NCBI GenBank assembly: GCA_047495785.1
Contig: JBLDXI010000074.1
Coordinates: forward strand, 806,001-870,000
DNA from: Lepidodermella squamata
Lineage: Eukaryota > Animalia > Gastrotricha
DNA length: 64,000 bases
Direction: 5' to 3'
Shown here: positions 13,601 through 25,878 of the stretch, one piece after another
Numbering within the stretch: position 1 is the stretch's first letter
Layout: each line of letters opens with the position of its first letter
Program-made: the position numbers and the translations under genes
Notes under the pieces: generated by a model
Told to the model about the DNA's origin: nothing
What the model saw: only the letters and a program-made list of their open reading frames with translations
Database searches by the model: none

Positions 13601-13759
13601 GCAGCCACTGCGCATCTGCTCGTTGTACCACCGCTTCTGGTCGACCTCGCACAGGTGGTTCCAAACGCGGCTTCGGATGCGCTCCTCTTTACCCGAATCG
13701 CCGCCCTCGGTAAAATGCGGAAAAATGTCCCGCTCGCGACGACCATTGCACCGAACCAT
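10606..13759 (-). CDS. Two-exon protein of unknown function (~208 aa); exons 13759-13562 and 11034-10606
   Basis: Two GC-rich islands in AT-rich DNA. Donor TGGCAG|gttag and acceptor tttatttag|ACT join in phase 0: MVRCNGRRERDIFPHF...IRMWQ-THHDANLMYNLSRINYAKERQEVDRYCGW. Confidence 0.6.
11693..12317. mobile_element. piggyBac-like non-autonomous element, plus an inverted extra left end at about 12516-12573
   Basis: TIR CCCTTTAGCTACC...GGTAGCTAAAGGG followed by TTAA (left flank TCAA). 12516-12573 is the reverse complement of the first ~55 bp. Confidence 0.7.
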
Positions 13760-15767
13760 AATTATTTGTTGTAAATTCAAAAAACCTAACCAGTATAACT
13801 AAAAACGATTTTTTTAATATTACAGAGATGTAAAATTACACTCGGAAAGAGGTAATTAAAGTCAATTAAGAGTTCCGTCCTTTTTTCATTCTATTTAAAA
13901 GGTCATTCTCATTACGAGGAGTATTAAATGCGATAAAGAGCAAAAAATTGTTCATTAAACTGTATATTTTTAATTTCATATGAATGCGAGTTTTTTGCGA
14001 CCGCCTTGCTATTCAATAACAAAACACTTTCAAGAGAGGCAGAGAGGGGGGAGAAGACGGCTTGATAATACACGTCTTATAAATCATTACTGTTATTGAT
14101 TGCGCGTGTCTACAGCGCACTTTCAGCTTTTTATGAGTACGCGTCAAGGCATCCAAGGCAACGCGAATAACGCCTTTGTGCATGCCTGCGCGCAACTCGT
14201 CAGGTGAAAATTGGGGTTTAACTAATTTTTTTCACATATTTTGACACCTATATCAAATTAACGAGCGAGACAAGGCGAAGCGATTGATATACATCCCTAG
14301 TATTGGCGGAAAAAATGTTATATCGGCATTTTCACTTGGTCATGAGCCGTCATTTATTATTGAATTAATACTATTATTTTTTAGTCGCCTCAGCGTGCTA
14401 AGTGACGTATAGTAGTTCTTTTATTACACCTGTTAGACACGTTTTTTTCTGCTGCTAAGGTATATAAGGCGAACAACTTGAATTGTTAATAATAATGCGC
14501 ACTTGTTCGATTTCTTTGTCTTGCTTAATTAATATTTATTACAAGTGGCGCCTTTTTAATTTCAGGTGGCATCGGCAGTTCCGGTGAATTCGGTCACTGT
14601 TCGCAGCAAAAAATGAGTTTTTTAGCCGGTACTTTTGCAGATCGGTTGTTCCTGATGTATCGACCTCAACTGGTTTACAATAAAAATGAAAAATCGTGAA
14701 TGCAACTTTAATGATAATATTGTGTATTATGAAATGAGGATTTTTTCCTATACTCGAATTTATCTGAGCAGCTCATGAATCAGATTTTAGCTAATCACCC
14801 GTTCCTAAGAAAAAAATTAGAATCTTGAAATTGAAAGGATATTCGGAAAAATTCCCAAAAGTTGAAACCCCAAAAATTTGGGGTCTTCAGCACAAAAATA
14901 TCGGATTTCGAATTATTGCCAGAATTAATTGCGATTTATTTCCGCTATAATCGGTCAGTTTATGTGCTTCAGTTTGCAGAGTCGATATCGATTTCAATAT
15001 CGATTTTACTAAGCAGTGATTTTTCCGATATCAGCAGTCTCGACAGCATCATAACATGTTTTTCTACCTATAGGATCTATAGGACCATCGAGTGGTATGC
15101 CATCGGGGGCCGGCATCGGTATCAATCAAGTATAAAACTGAAAATGCTGCAACAAAACTTGTAACGGTTGCTGAAATTCAAGAGTATTTGGTATTTCCCA
15201 ACTCTCATTTTTTTTACGTAAGGTATTTTTTTTAATTTTCCTATGATTAATTATGGTAAACGCGTCTCACCAGGTGTTTTTGCATCTCATCACCTTTCTT
15301 CATAAAAAAATTACATTTTTCCTATATAATATATTTACGTTACAACTTTTACCGGTATCATAATATCACCCCTCACATTTTTGCATACTAAATAATTGTA
15401 AGGCGGGTCAAATTTGATGATAATAAAGTAAGAATAATACAGGTCTCAATGTGTTGCCCTGAAAAAATGTGTTACAGCAATATTATATCTAATATACCAA
15501 AAGTAATAAAAACGTGTGCGAAAAATATCTCGGTGCAATGTGCGAATAAAAAGATAACAAATATTCTATTTTAATCTGCGCACAATATGTGAGATAATTG
15601 GCCATAGCCTAATCTCACCCTGTACGTGGGCTTGAGGGGGCGTCGTTGGGTTTGCTCAGCGATAAGGCACGCCGCTTAATAAATCCGCCCATAAAGCCGC
15701 CATAATTCGCTGTTATACATTTCGTAACAAAAAGCGTCCAAACCCGGTTCCGACTTGGTACTGAAAA

Positions 15768-16344
15768 ATGTTCCATCAACATCATCACGATCAATGGGTT
15801 CCGTCTCACGGCGGCAACGTTCCGCCAAATGCGATTGAGGGCGGCCGAAGCGCAACCGGCGAGCCGCTGTTCATCGCCCGTGGCCATCTTGCGGGTGATC
15901 TTGTCATCGGCAAGGTCCACCCGTCGCACAGGTGCGCCTACCTTGGCAATAACATGCAGGAGAAATCCGAGCACAGCTACGAAGTCTTGGTCAACAACGG
16001 CCGGTCGACTTACTACTGGCAACACGCCGCCAATGGCCAGGTCCCCCATGGCGCTGTCGAAGGTAATATTCGAAATAAATATTAAAAAATTAATTATAAA
16101 TAATTTAAACAAATTTAAGGTGGCCGCACTCACACTGGCGAGCCCCTGTACGTTGCCCGGGCTCACCCGCCTCCGGAGCCTCATGGTAATTTTTTCTGAA
16201 TTTTTCCCGATTTTTTTGTAATTTTTTGTAATTTCTTTAGGACTTCACCCAGGTAAGCTGCATGCCAGCCAAGGTTGCGCCTGGATTTCCTTCAACGGTA
16301 CCGAGCACCGCATGACCCACTACGAAGTGCTGTGCAGGCGCTAA
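15768..16344 (+). CDS. DM9-repeat (DUF3421) protein 1; exons 15768-16062, 16120-16185, 16241-16344
   Basis: Two DM9 repeats: WVPSHGGNVPPNAIEGG...EPLFIARG...GKVHPSHRCAY...YEVLV and WQHAANGQVPHGAVEGG...EPLYVARA...GKLHASQGCAWISF...YEVLC. GT-AG junctions are in phase. Confidence 0.9.
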
Positions 16345-17162
16345 TAATTGAGCGCGCAAAGAAAACCCCGCCAGCAATAATTGATTTGACCTATTTAAAC
16401 ATAAATCGCGTCCCTGTGTAATTTCCTAATAATTGTGACCTATATAAAATAATCGTTGCTATTATATATCAAATTATATTTTATTTTTATTGTAATAATA
16501 ATAATAATATTGGGACACAAGTTTTTCCTTGTTATTTCAAACTCCCGACTTCGCAATGGTGCTGCTTTGACATTGTACATAGAACATCGGCGGGGTTTTA
16601 TTTTGGATTTTTTCCGACCCGCCACTATTATACTAACGTAACTTAACCATATAACATTCCGGCGTCTTTTGCCTGAACTCGGCTCCTATACTAAAACACT
16701 TCAGCTACAACATCTGCCTTCGGTTTAAATGCTGTAATTTATTCACTATTCAAGGTGCTATTTTCGCCAATAAAAATCGACGCTGAAAGATGCTTTTTTG
16801 TAATGCAAAAATGAGAAAATTCTCGATACTGGGACGAAAAGAGGAGTAGCATTACAGCCTTAATTGCTAAAATGCCCTAGAAATGTCCACCTATAATGAA
16901 GGTTATACAAGGCATAATCGCGCTCTGATTCACGTGGAAAAAAACTTGAGTGGAAAAAAGTTTGAGTTTCAGCCAAAAAAGGCGTGTAACCCATAATATT
17001 GCGCAACGTGCAAGTGTTGTGTAACAATAATAATATTAAAATTAATACAACACGCGAATGGACTTCAAACAAGACATAAGATTTTCGTGTTGAAAATTTA
17101 TACAAGGTAGTATTCATTTCAACTCTCAATTCCTAACACCTGAAAGCTGAAACTAACCAAAA

Positions 17163-18266
17163 ATGGCTCGCAAGTAAGCATTAACCTTCTATAAGTATTT
17201 TGATTATTATTTCATCAAATCATTTTCCCGTTATGAAGGATGGAATGTTGGCGCTGGGTTCCGGCCGAACACGGTTATGTTAGCGATGAGGCTGTTGAAG
17301 TCGGCCGAAGTGGTCTAACTGGCGAGTTGATGTTTGTCGGGCGAGTTTTCGACGCTAGCTCCGGCAGCATGATTCCAGGTCTCATTTTGCTCAATTTTTT
17401 CTCAATTTTTAAATTTCCGTTTTTCACAGGAAAAATTATTCCTAGTCACGAGGCTTGTTATTACGGGTCGCATGGTGAAGAACATCGATCTGAGCATTAC
17501 GAAGTGTTAACTGCTCGAAAACGCTGCCACTTGGCCTGGCTGCCGGCCTCGGGCGGCCAGGTACCAGCTGGTGCCATCGAAGGTGGTTTCAACACAAAAA
17601 CCTGTGAACCTATTTTCATCGCCCGTGCTGTTCCAAGCTCCGAACCTGAAGGTAGGAGGATTTATTTTCATATTAAATTGGGCGAATTTTTAGTTCTTAT
17701 TTCAACAATTTGAGAGTCCCATTGGTTCTATGTCAATTGAGCAAACGAAAATTGGGCAACGAAAATAGAGCAAGGGCTTTTGAGCAACGATATTAGAGCA
17801 AACGAATTTAGAGCAAAACGACTTTTCGGCAAAATGAGATTAGAGCAAAACGACACGAGAGCAAATTTAATATTAATGGCAGCTGTTATTTATTGTAAAT
17901 AAAATTTGCTCTAATCTCATTTTGCCGAAAAGTCGTTTTGCTCTAAATTCGTTTGCTCTAATATCGTTGCTCAAAAGCCCTTGCTCTATTTTCGTTGCCC
18001 AATTTTCGTTTGCTCAATTGACATAGAACCGTCCTATTTAGGCTTGGGTTATCGAAAAAATTATATTTTAAAAAAATTTTAAATTTCGGAAATAAATTGT
18101 AATAATTTTCAATTTTTTTGTTTTTAATTGAATTTTTATGCATTTTTCAGGGCTGCACGGTGGTCGCCTGACGCCATCGGAAGGCTGTGCCGTTATTTCC
18201 TATGGTGGTCATGAAATAGCTGCAATTTCCTACGAAGTCTTATGCGCCAAGTACCTTTACGTCTGA
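17163..18266 (+). CDS. DM9-repeat protein 2; exons 17163-17173, 17239-17378, 17430-17651, 18151-18266
   Basis: WVPAEHGYVSDEAVEVG...MFVGR...GKIIPSHEACYY...YEVL and WLPASGGQVPAGAIEGG...IFIARA...YEVLC. Splice phases are consistent. Confidence 0.88.
17724..18030. mobile_element. Foldback-type MITE (GG...CC termini, internal sub-repeats, 8-bp TSD) in a DM9-2 intron
   Basis: About 125-bp essentially perfect inverted arms built from gagcaaa(a)cga units. Flanks gtcccatt / gtcctatt. Confidence 0.85.
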
Positions 18267-18931
18267 TAAATCACAAATCTGAGCCTGCTAATTGGTGGAT
18301 CCTGTACATTTTCTATCTTAACCAATAATATTGTTGCTATTTACACAGTAATTAACGGGTTGTATGTTTGCAATAAAAATGTTATTATTCATGTACAATT
18401 TATTAAATTTTATTATTAAATTTTACCAAAGCATCTAGAAATTTTCAAACCTAAAATTGTCAGTTCTTAGAAATTGTTATTGTTGCCTTCAAATTTCCAA
18501 TACGATAAGAGGATGAATAATTGAAGAAAAAAAAGATAAAAAGGCCGGTACCAAGGTGGATCCAGGATCCAGGACACACATAATAACGACGCGAAAATTA
18601 GCCTTATCTCCCAGCCGCACACAACATTTTTTCTCGATAATTCGCAGTCTGGTCACCCTGTGACAAGCAAAGAAAAAATGTAACGAAAAAAATAAGAATA
18701 ATAATATATGTTTATGATACCCGTGCGATAGTAATAAAAATACCGTAATTAGCAGGTGGTGTGATAACAAAACAAGCCGGCGTGGCGTGAGTAGGTTAGC
18801 GGCTAATCGGAATTCTACCGCCGATAAGAAATCCCTATAAAAAAGCAGCTGTAGCACCGGCTTGAGTACTTCATTGCTTTTCGACTGTCTCCAATTCCGG
18901 ACAAATTTTTTCGAATTAAATTCCCGAAATA

Positions 18932-19905
18932 ATGGCGCACAAACAAGACTGCCCACGATGGGAAGCCGCCAGCAACGGCTCCGTCCCGCCCAATGCCGTC
19001 GAAGCCGGTCGAAGCGCCCATGGTGACGTCATGTTCGTCGGCCGTGCCCAGTGCGAGGGTGACCTAGTACCTGGTAAGGTGCTGCCCAAGGACAGGGTGT
19101 GCTATGTTGGGTGCAATAACCACGAGCACGGAGTTGCGACCTACGAGGTTCTGGTCAACTGCGGCAACTGCAAGCTGGTCTGGATCCCGGCGGCTAACGG
19201 CCAGGTCCCGGCTGGTGCCATCGAAGCCGGCCGCACCAAGACTGGCGAGCCGCTCTACGTCGGCCGCGCTGCGGTAAATTTAGCATGATTTCTATTAATT
19301 TCGGAATTTTCATTCTGGAAGCTATCCTAAATGAGGAATTTTGTTGTGTTAGACTCGAAAAATTGTAGATGCGAGTAGAAATCCCTATCTTCCCCATCTT
19401 CCTCTTCCCCCTCATTCTTTACCTTTGCTTCCTCACAAATTCATTCTCAATTACCATCATCCCCTTTCTTTCCCTTTCTTTCCCTATTCTTCCCCTTATG
19501 TACAATCCATAATAATTTTCTTTCCCTGTCTCTTCCCCTTCTTTTCCTTTCTTCTCCTTTTATTTCCTCTCCTTCCCCATTCTTTCCCCTCGGTTCCCTA
19601 TTCTTCCCCTTTCCTTTTCCCATCACCCCCCTTCATCCCTTTACCCCACCTTTTCATTGTAATCTTTGAAATTTGACGTATAATGTGTAAATATTATTCT
19701 CTAGCTCCTATCCGAGCCGACTGGCCAACACGCCGGCAAGGTCCACCCATCGCAAGGCTGCGTTTGGATTCCTGTAAGTTGCCATTAATAGCTCTCATCG
19801 AATTTTGAAAATAACCACTTTTTTCTCATCATTTTTCAGTACTGCGGCCACGAAGAACGCGTCTACAACTACGAAGTTCTGTGCCAACAATTCTTGTTCT
19901 ACTAG
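18932..19905 (+). CDS. DM9-repeat protein 3; exons 18932-19273, 19705-19773, 19840-19905
   Basis: WEAASNGSVPPNAVEAG...MFVGRA...GKVLP...YEVLV and WIPAANGQVPAGAIEAG...EPLYVGRA...GKVHPSQGCVWIPY...YEVLC. Confidence 0.9.
19380..19655. repeat. Polypyrimidine low-complexity tract in a DM9-3 intron
   Basis: C/T-only-like runs (ttcccct...) over about 270 bp. Confidence 0.7.
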
Positions 19906-20359
19906 ACGAAAAAGTGGAAAGCGCGTAATCAGGGTTGATATGAAATGGTGTCGACACGCTTGGCTGAACAATATCATCTTAAAGGCTTGAAGTTATTAGC
20001 ATGTATTTTATGCTATTCATGAGATGCCTCTTTGTAATAATCCTGTTTACGCTCTGTTAATCTAAAATACAACAAATAAACTGCCCGTTTTACCTGTCGG
20101 TGATTTCTTTCAACTGTTTGGTTGAAGACTCCCGTCTGCGGAAGAAACGTTTTTGTTATATATTTTCTCTTGCCAGATCAGAGGCGATAGATCTTCTGAT
20201 AAGTAGCAGAAGATTATGAGTAGGCGTATATAGTATGCAATTTTCATGAAAAATAATCGAAATTAGCATAATCGATAATAGCATGGCCTTCTGGATTTTA
20301 TTCGGTTTGCTTCTCAAACGATCATGATTCAAAAGCAATGAGCGGCGTTCAACGGGTTG

Positions 20360-21008
20360 CTAAGTTCGGTGGACATAGGTGGAAAATAGTTTGAACTGGC
20401 GATGTGTCAGTAATTGGTATACCACAACATTGATCATGCACAACGTGACACTGAAAGCCACCGGATTCGTCGAAAAAGGCTCTGGCGATGCCGTGCTGTT
20501 ACATTTGTCCTTATTGTTGCAACAATACCTATAAGTCGTAATCGGAGAAAATGACTTCGTCCACAAATAATTGAGAGCCATTATTTTAAACAAACTGGTG
20601 AGTTTCTTGGCCGTCGTTGTAGAAATCAAGCGGCTGGCAGTATAGGACACAACCTTTCGTGACGATCCTAGAACAGCAGTCTTGAACAACAGTTTTCTGA
20701 AAAACAGGAAATTGTTATTTTGAATTTTTAAAATAATTTTTTGCGCAAAATAGAAATAAATTAAGTACATAATTAAATTATATATTTTTGAATTTTCCGG
20801 AAATATATTTACGTAACAATAGCCGTCAGGTATTGAGCAGTTTGGCGCCGAGTTTGACCAGCACACAATTCCATCTATAGGATAAAAATCCAACTATTCG
20901 ATATTTTTTACTTGACAAATATTCTAACATCAAACCTGTAATTTTTGTGAAAATTGTCAAAATGACAAAAACCAGCACATTTTGCAGCGGCTGGTTTGTC
21001 GTCACCAT
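20360..21008 (-). CDS. Ly6/uPAR (three-finger)-like protein, probably GPI-anchored or with a C-terminal membrane anchor; 4 exons
   Basis: Spliced model: signal peptide MVTTNQPLQNVLVFVILTIFTKIT, then DGIVCWSNSAPNCSIPDGYCY, KTVVQDCCSRIVTKGCVLYC...H, QYCCNNKDKCNS and a hydrophobic tail. CCxxxDxCN is the LU-domain terminal motif. Confidence 0.75.
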
Positions 21009-22083
21009 GATATACTGTAAAATTACTGAGCAATTTATATTATTTGAAAATCGTGACTTGATTCACGTTGAAATGAACTCAAAAGCAGTACGACTGTTGC
21101 CGGCTTTATGTTGAATAGAAAGCGGTTCTATTTTTTTAGCGCTAATGAAAGGTTGGCAACGCTATTCAACGGGTTGCCATCTGATTCACCTGCTGTACCC
21201 TGAGGTGATATGGCATTCCTGAACAGCAAAGGACCCTGAATTTTAATTTAAAAAAAATTGATAAAAATACAAAGGGAAATTTGGGCTTAAATATAAATGA
21301 ATATAAAATTGATTTTTAGAGGAAAATTAACACGGTCTAAATGTTGGGGAATCTAGGGCTAGTTCCAGGATCTAGGGCATCCCCGTTGTGGGAGTTTTTC
21401 AATTTTTTTGATACAGAATATCTTTTAGGATCCAAATCGGAACCAAATTTTCGGTGAGCGGAACCAAACATTTGCTGTTTTGCTGTTTGACATCAACTCG
21501 ATTTCAGCCCTTGAAAGTACCCTCGGGCATTTTCAGCAGGCCGAAATCTCGTTTCTGCCCTCAACACCGTTAAGGTTAAGGATTCCTGAATTTCTCTATG
21601 GAAAATGATGAAGGCGGATTTGTTATTTCAACTGCGATAAGTCAAGTGCTGCGATTATTAGGAAACATAGGTAGATTAACTTGCAGGCATATGCATTGAA
21701 CATACTTATTTTTAGTCAATTCCCGACTCGACTAATATAAATTTTATCATAACCTCTTCTACGGTAATTGTTCCCCGCCGGCGATAATATTTTTATTTAA
21801 TCGAGAAGGGTCAAAAAATAATAAGGTTCCAGAAAACTTCAAAGCGAATAAAGCAATTCAGTCAAGCTTCAAGCTGGAAACTTTAGAAGACGTAAATAAT
21901 TCAGGTCAATAACTTTCGGAACCAATATAATATTCAATATAATATTTCACAGTTCAGAGCATACATCCAAATCTCCATCCACGAGTTCAATATCCAGTAA
22001 TTTTCCCCAGAAATGTGAGAAAACTCCCATCAGCAATTTCTTGTTCAAATCGGCTTGCAATTGCACTTGCTTGTTGGCCCGCT

Positions 22084-23217
22084 TTACACTTTAGGCCGGA
22101 AGACCTCGCTAATTCGCTGCGAACATATCGGACAGTTGGGGCTTTCTTTCTCATTTTCTTTATTAAGAATCTGAACCAGGCAGGAAAAATGAAGCGTATG
22201 GTTGCATGACAGCTGCACCCAATCGGCAAATGGTATATCACGGCCACACACATGGCAATCGCCAACTGATACGCCATCGTCCCTCCGATAGTCCTTCATA
22301 ATGTAGTCAACGGCCTCCTCCACTGCTCGTTTTGCTTGCATGATCGGCAAAGCTACCAGCTGGCAATATCGAAGCAAGACGTACCCCAGTAATTCAGCGA
22401 AACCTAACTCAGTTGGCGCTAGACCAAACTTAGTTTGACAGCCGTGGGCAAAGCTGTTCAGCTGATCTAAGCATTTTCTGCGAATAGATTCATTCTTTCG
22501 CGCAAATCGGCCTAATCCATTGTCAGTGAGAATCACGCGGTTGCCAATTTTGTCGAAAAATTGCTGCATTTCCGTATCATCTGCTCATAACGAGAACGAA
22601 TGAAGTATTTCAAAGCTTCAAAAGATAATACCCTTTAGCCATGTTTTCATAGATTCCTTCTGCGACGCCTCATCCATACCCTCGTTGTAATGCGTAGCGA
22701 CAACGATACAATTCGCAGCCCATTGAGAATCGAACATCTTGGAGATAAGAGTTAAATTGGCTCGTTCTTCTTTTGTAACGCGGCCATACTGCATCACAAT
22801 GACGATGCCATGCAGGCCCATTCTTGCTCTTCTTATGAAATAGGCCAAGTTGACTTTCAGTTCACTATTTGTGGAACCGCTATCCCCGAAACCAACTGTA
22901 TCAGCAAAAAGCGTGTTCATATTCGCATTCAATTTCCATTGTGGCTGTTTTGTAACGGAATTTGCGGTCGAGCCAACTGCGCATGGCGTCTTGCAAGCTG
23001 CCTCACTGACGTCCTGATTGAGCAGCATGTTGATTATCGTCGATTTACCTGTGCCGGCAGTCCCTAAAACGACGATAACGCGCCGAATCGCAACCTCCTT
23101 TTGGTCGAAAGTACTCTTCTGGCTGAAAGTAGCCTTTGCCAGTTGAAGAACGAGTCTGCCCATGTTTCCTGCATAGGGAACTGCAAGGTTGTGGAGTGCA
23201 GAGCCTTCATCTGACAT
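22084..23217 (-). CDS. AIG1/GIMAP-type GTPase + RING-H2 protein, subfamily A copy 1; exons 23217-22632 and 22580-22084
   Basis: G1 GTAGTGKS, G2 SVT, G3 DTVG, GIMAP-like box HGIVIVMQYGRVT, G4-like VATHY, NRVILTDN. C-terminal CHVC-x13-CNHTLHFSC...CPIC. 51-bp intron. Start codon (MSDEG) is uncertain. Confidence 0.88.
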
Positions 23218-24311
23218 TAGATAGCCGCAAAGGTAGAGCAGAATGTAACGAAAGTATGCAGAAGGTGTAGATTTAGCAACCCTCTTATTACGATTTTTTG
23301 TCGTACAAGGCTCTATGAAGAATCTTGAAATCGGGGAGCCAAAATGCAACTACTCTTTGAACTTTGGATTCAGTGAGTGATTCATATTACAAACAACATG
23401 CGATCAGGCAACACAGGCGTGAATGTGAAGCACGCGATTTTCGGAAGGCGTGGAACTAATTTTTAATTTTCACGCATTGGTTGCAAGAATTAGTCTCAAT
23501 TCTTGATCTCTTTATATCTATAAACAGTTGCTTCTCACTAACCGGAGAACATCATATCGTTAACGATGCGCCAAAACAACCACTTAGATGACTCATTCGA
23601 TCGTAGGTACTTCTAGTCGCCTAACGTAATGTTGAAGTACGTTAGGCCTTTTGAGCACCGATTTTTTCCTAATTTCGAACGTACTTTCCTCATAAAATCT
23701 ATAAATAGTAAAGTGGTTGTTTTGGCGCGTCGCTAACGATATTCGGATGTTTATACAGGAAAATCAGTTTTCGGATATCCGCAAAATATTGGTACCACCT
23801 TTTAGAGCATGAAATTCTGAGTAAAACGAGGTTAGACGCTTGGGGTCTCAAACCTAACGGGTCGGCTGGGGATGGGCTCAAATAGCAACAAATGCCTCAG
23901 GACCCCCGAAATTGCGCAATTTTGGGCAATTTCGGGAGTCTTGGTCCTCGGCAAATCACTATTTCCTTTTCCAAAAATTTATATTAAAATATTTTTTTCT
24001 CAGATAATGAAAGCAAAATAAATAAATAAATAAAAATTCAAAGGTCGTTTTTGGTGACCTGCGAACATCCGAATAAGACATTATGACATTCTATTAACAC
24101 CTAAATTTACCTCGTGCAGAATAAACCTGATTAAGTGTATTTTTCAAAACCTGGCTCCACATTTAATGGCGGGCCTTCATCAGTTGAATTATCCATTGCG
24201 CGCAAAAACGTATCTCTCGATATTTAATTGTTGAACAATGAAGTGTGGAACGCGGAAGCGTTAAAATTATTTCCATCCTCCATTTTAGAATAGCAAAAGT
24301 AAAGAAGTGTC

Positions 24312-25388
24312 ATGAGGGTGGTCCGGGATGTTCACATCAAAAGAGTAATCTACACCATTGGGACTTCGGGTACCGGAAAGTCAACGATTGCTAACATGGT
24401 GTACAACAACGACCACTCAGCTATTGCTTGCTCGGAACCTTGCGCCGTAGGTGCGTCAGCAAACTCGGTTACGAAACATTGTCGATGGATCTTTGAGCCT
24501 AAACGCGGCTACCTGTTCGCCGATACTTTGGGCCTGGGTGACCCTGAGAAACCGCTCCTGGAGGTAGCTGCGGAGCTGAGGAATATGATTGATACGGCCA
24601 AGTTGGGCGTGCATTGCATCTTGTTTGTGGTCAAGTTCGGCCGATTCACTGGGCCGCTGCTTACCAATTTGGAAGTCCTGCCACTTATCTTTGACAGCAC
24701 TTGGGCCGATCATTGTGTTTTGGTGGCCACTCATTACGAAGAAGAGTTCGGAGACTTACGAGCGGATCTAGCCAAGTGGGCTCATGAACAAGAAAAGTTG
24801 CAGGAATTTCTCAAGAAAATCAACTATCGTGTGATTTTTACGGATAATTCACTCGGCCGTAATGAGGAAGAAAACCGGTTGCTTTTGATTTGGAAATGTT
24901 TGTTTTATGTTTTACTATGTTTGTTTTTCAGCCCGATTCGACGCGACTGTCTCGCTCGACTGAACGGGTATATAGAGAATTTCGACTCGCTCACGCGCGC
25001 AGCAAGTGATGGCAAGCTTGATTACCTGGAGCGTATGAAATACGTTCTCAACAAATTGCTTGAAATATTGGGCGTGCGTAACAAGCAGAAATCTATCGAC
25101 GAGATGTTGCCGCGGTTGTTGCAGTCCGGCTGTGGCGTCGATACAGCCGTTACATGCCCACTGTGCATCGAAGATATCAACGTGCTGCAACTGTCTCAAA
25201 CGTCATGCAAACATGATTATCATACGGATTGTATTTCCCTTGTGGTGAAAAATCCAGGCGATCTCTGCCCCATGTGCCGCCAGCCAGTGACTCACATTTG
25301 TCGCCCTCTATTGCCCAATGAGCAGACGCCCAGCAAGTCCAACGCGCCTAATGGTCAGACGGCTAACGCCTCCAACGTCTCCGCCTGA
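24312..25388 (+). CDS. AIG1/GIMAP-type GTPase + RING-H2 protein, subfamily B copy 1; exons 24312-24877 and 24932-25388
   Basis: GTSGTGKS, DTLG, HCILFVVKFGRFT, VATHY, RING CPLC...CKHDYHTDC...CPMCR. A 54-bp intron sits at the same position as in B2 and B3. Confidence 0.9.
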   Translation: MRVVRDVHIKRVIYTIGTSGTGKSTIANMVYNNDHSAIACSEPCAVGASANSVTKHCRWIFEPKRGYLFADTLGLGDPEKPLLEVAAELRNMIDTAKLGVHCILFVVKFGRFTGPLLTNLEVLPLIFDSTWADHCVLVATHYEEEFGDLRADLAKWAHEQEKLQEFLKKINYRVIFTDNSLGRNEEENRLLLIWKCLFYVLLCLFFSPIRRDCLARLNGYIENFDSLTRAASDGKLDYLERMKYVLNKLLEILGVRNKQKSIDEMLPRLLQSGCGVDTAVTCPLCIEDINVLQLSQTSCKHDYHTDCISLVVKNPGDLCPMCRQPVTHICRPLLPNEQTPSKSNAPNGQTANASNVSA

Positions 25389-25878
25389 GATCATGGTCGA
25401 ACGGTCAAACGGCGCTAGTTCGCTAATTTAAACGTTACTCCAATGTGCTTATCCTACTTGTATTGCCAACTTGCCCATTCGCCATCCTCAGAACTCATGT
25501 TAGCGTGATAATAGGCTTATTTGCCTAACTGATTATAAGTCTGCTCGCGTCCTATAGTATTTACTAAAGGTGCGTTTTTTGACGCCTATTCATAGTTTAT
25601 TTAATAAAACTAAAAGGGGTATTTTATGATGAGTTTTTTGTATAAAAACTCATCAGAGTGCCAAGTGCCCACCCAACAGTCGCATCTACCACGACGAATT
25701 TCGATGTGAGCAAATATTACGGAAAATTGTTTGCGTTTGTAAAATGAGACTTCTGGTGACAACAGCAAATGCGTCGATAGCTGAATTGTCACGGCTCTTA
25801 TGTCGTCCTCAGCCGTTAACATATAGGCTGGATAGGTTGAATTGGCGCTTGGTTAATTCACCTGTTGGGTGAAATAAC

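Noticed and set aside
17724-18030. CRISPR-like repeat array
   Set aside because: Eukaryotic context; the units are sub-repeats of mirrored TIRs with no unique spacers.
19425-19676. Phe/Pro-rich ORF
   Set aside because: Polypyrimidine tract inside the DM9-3 intron.
23218-23349. N-terminal extension of A1 in the ORF track
   Set aside because: Begins at TTG and has no counterpart in A2 or A3.
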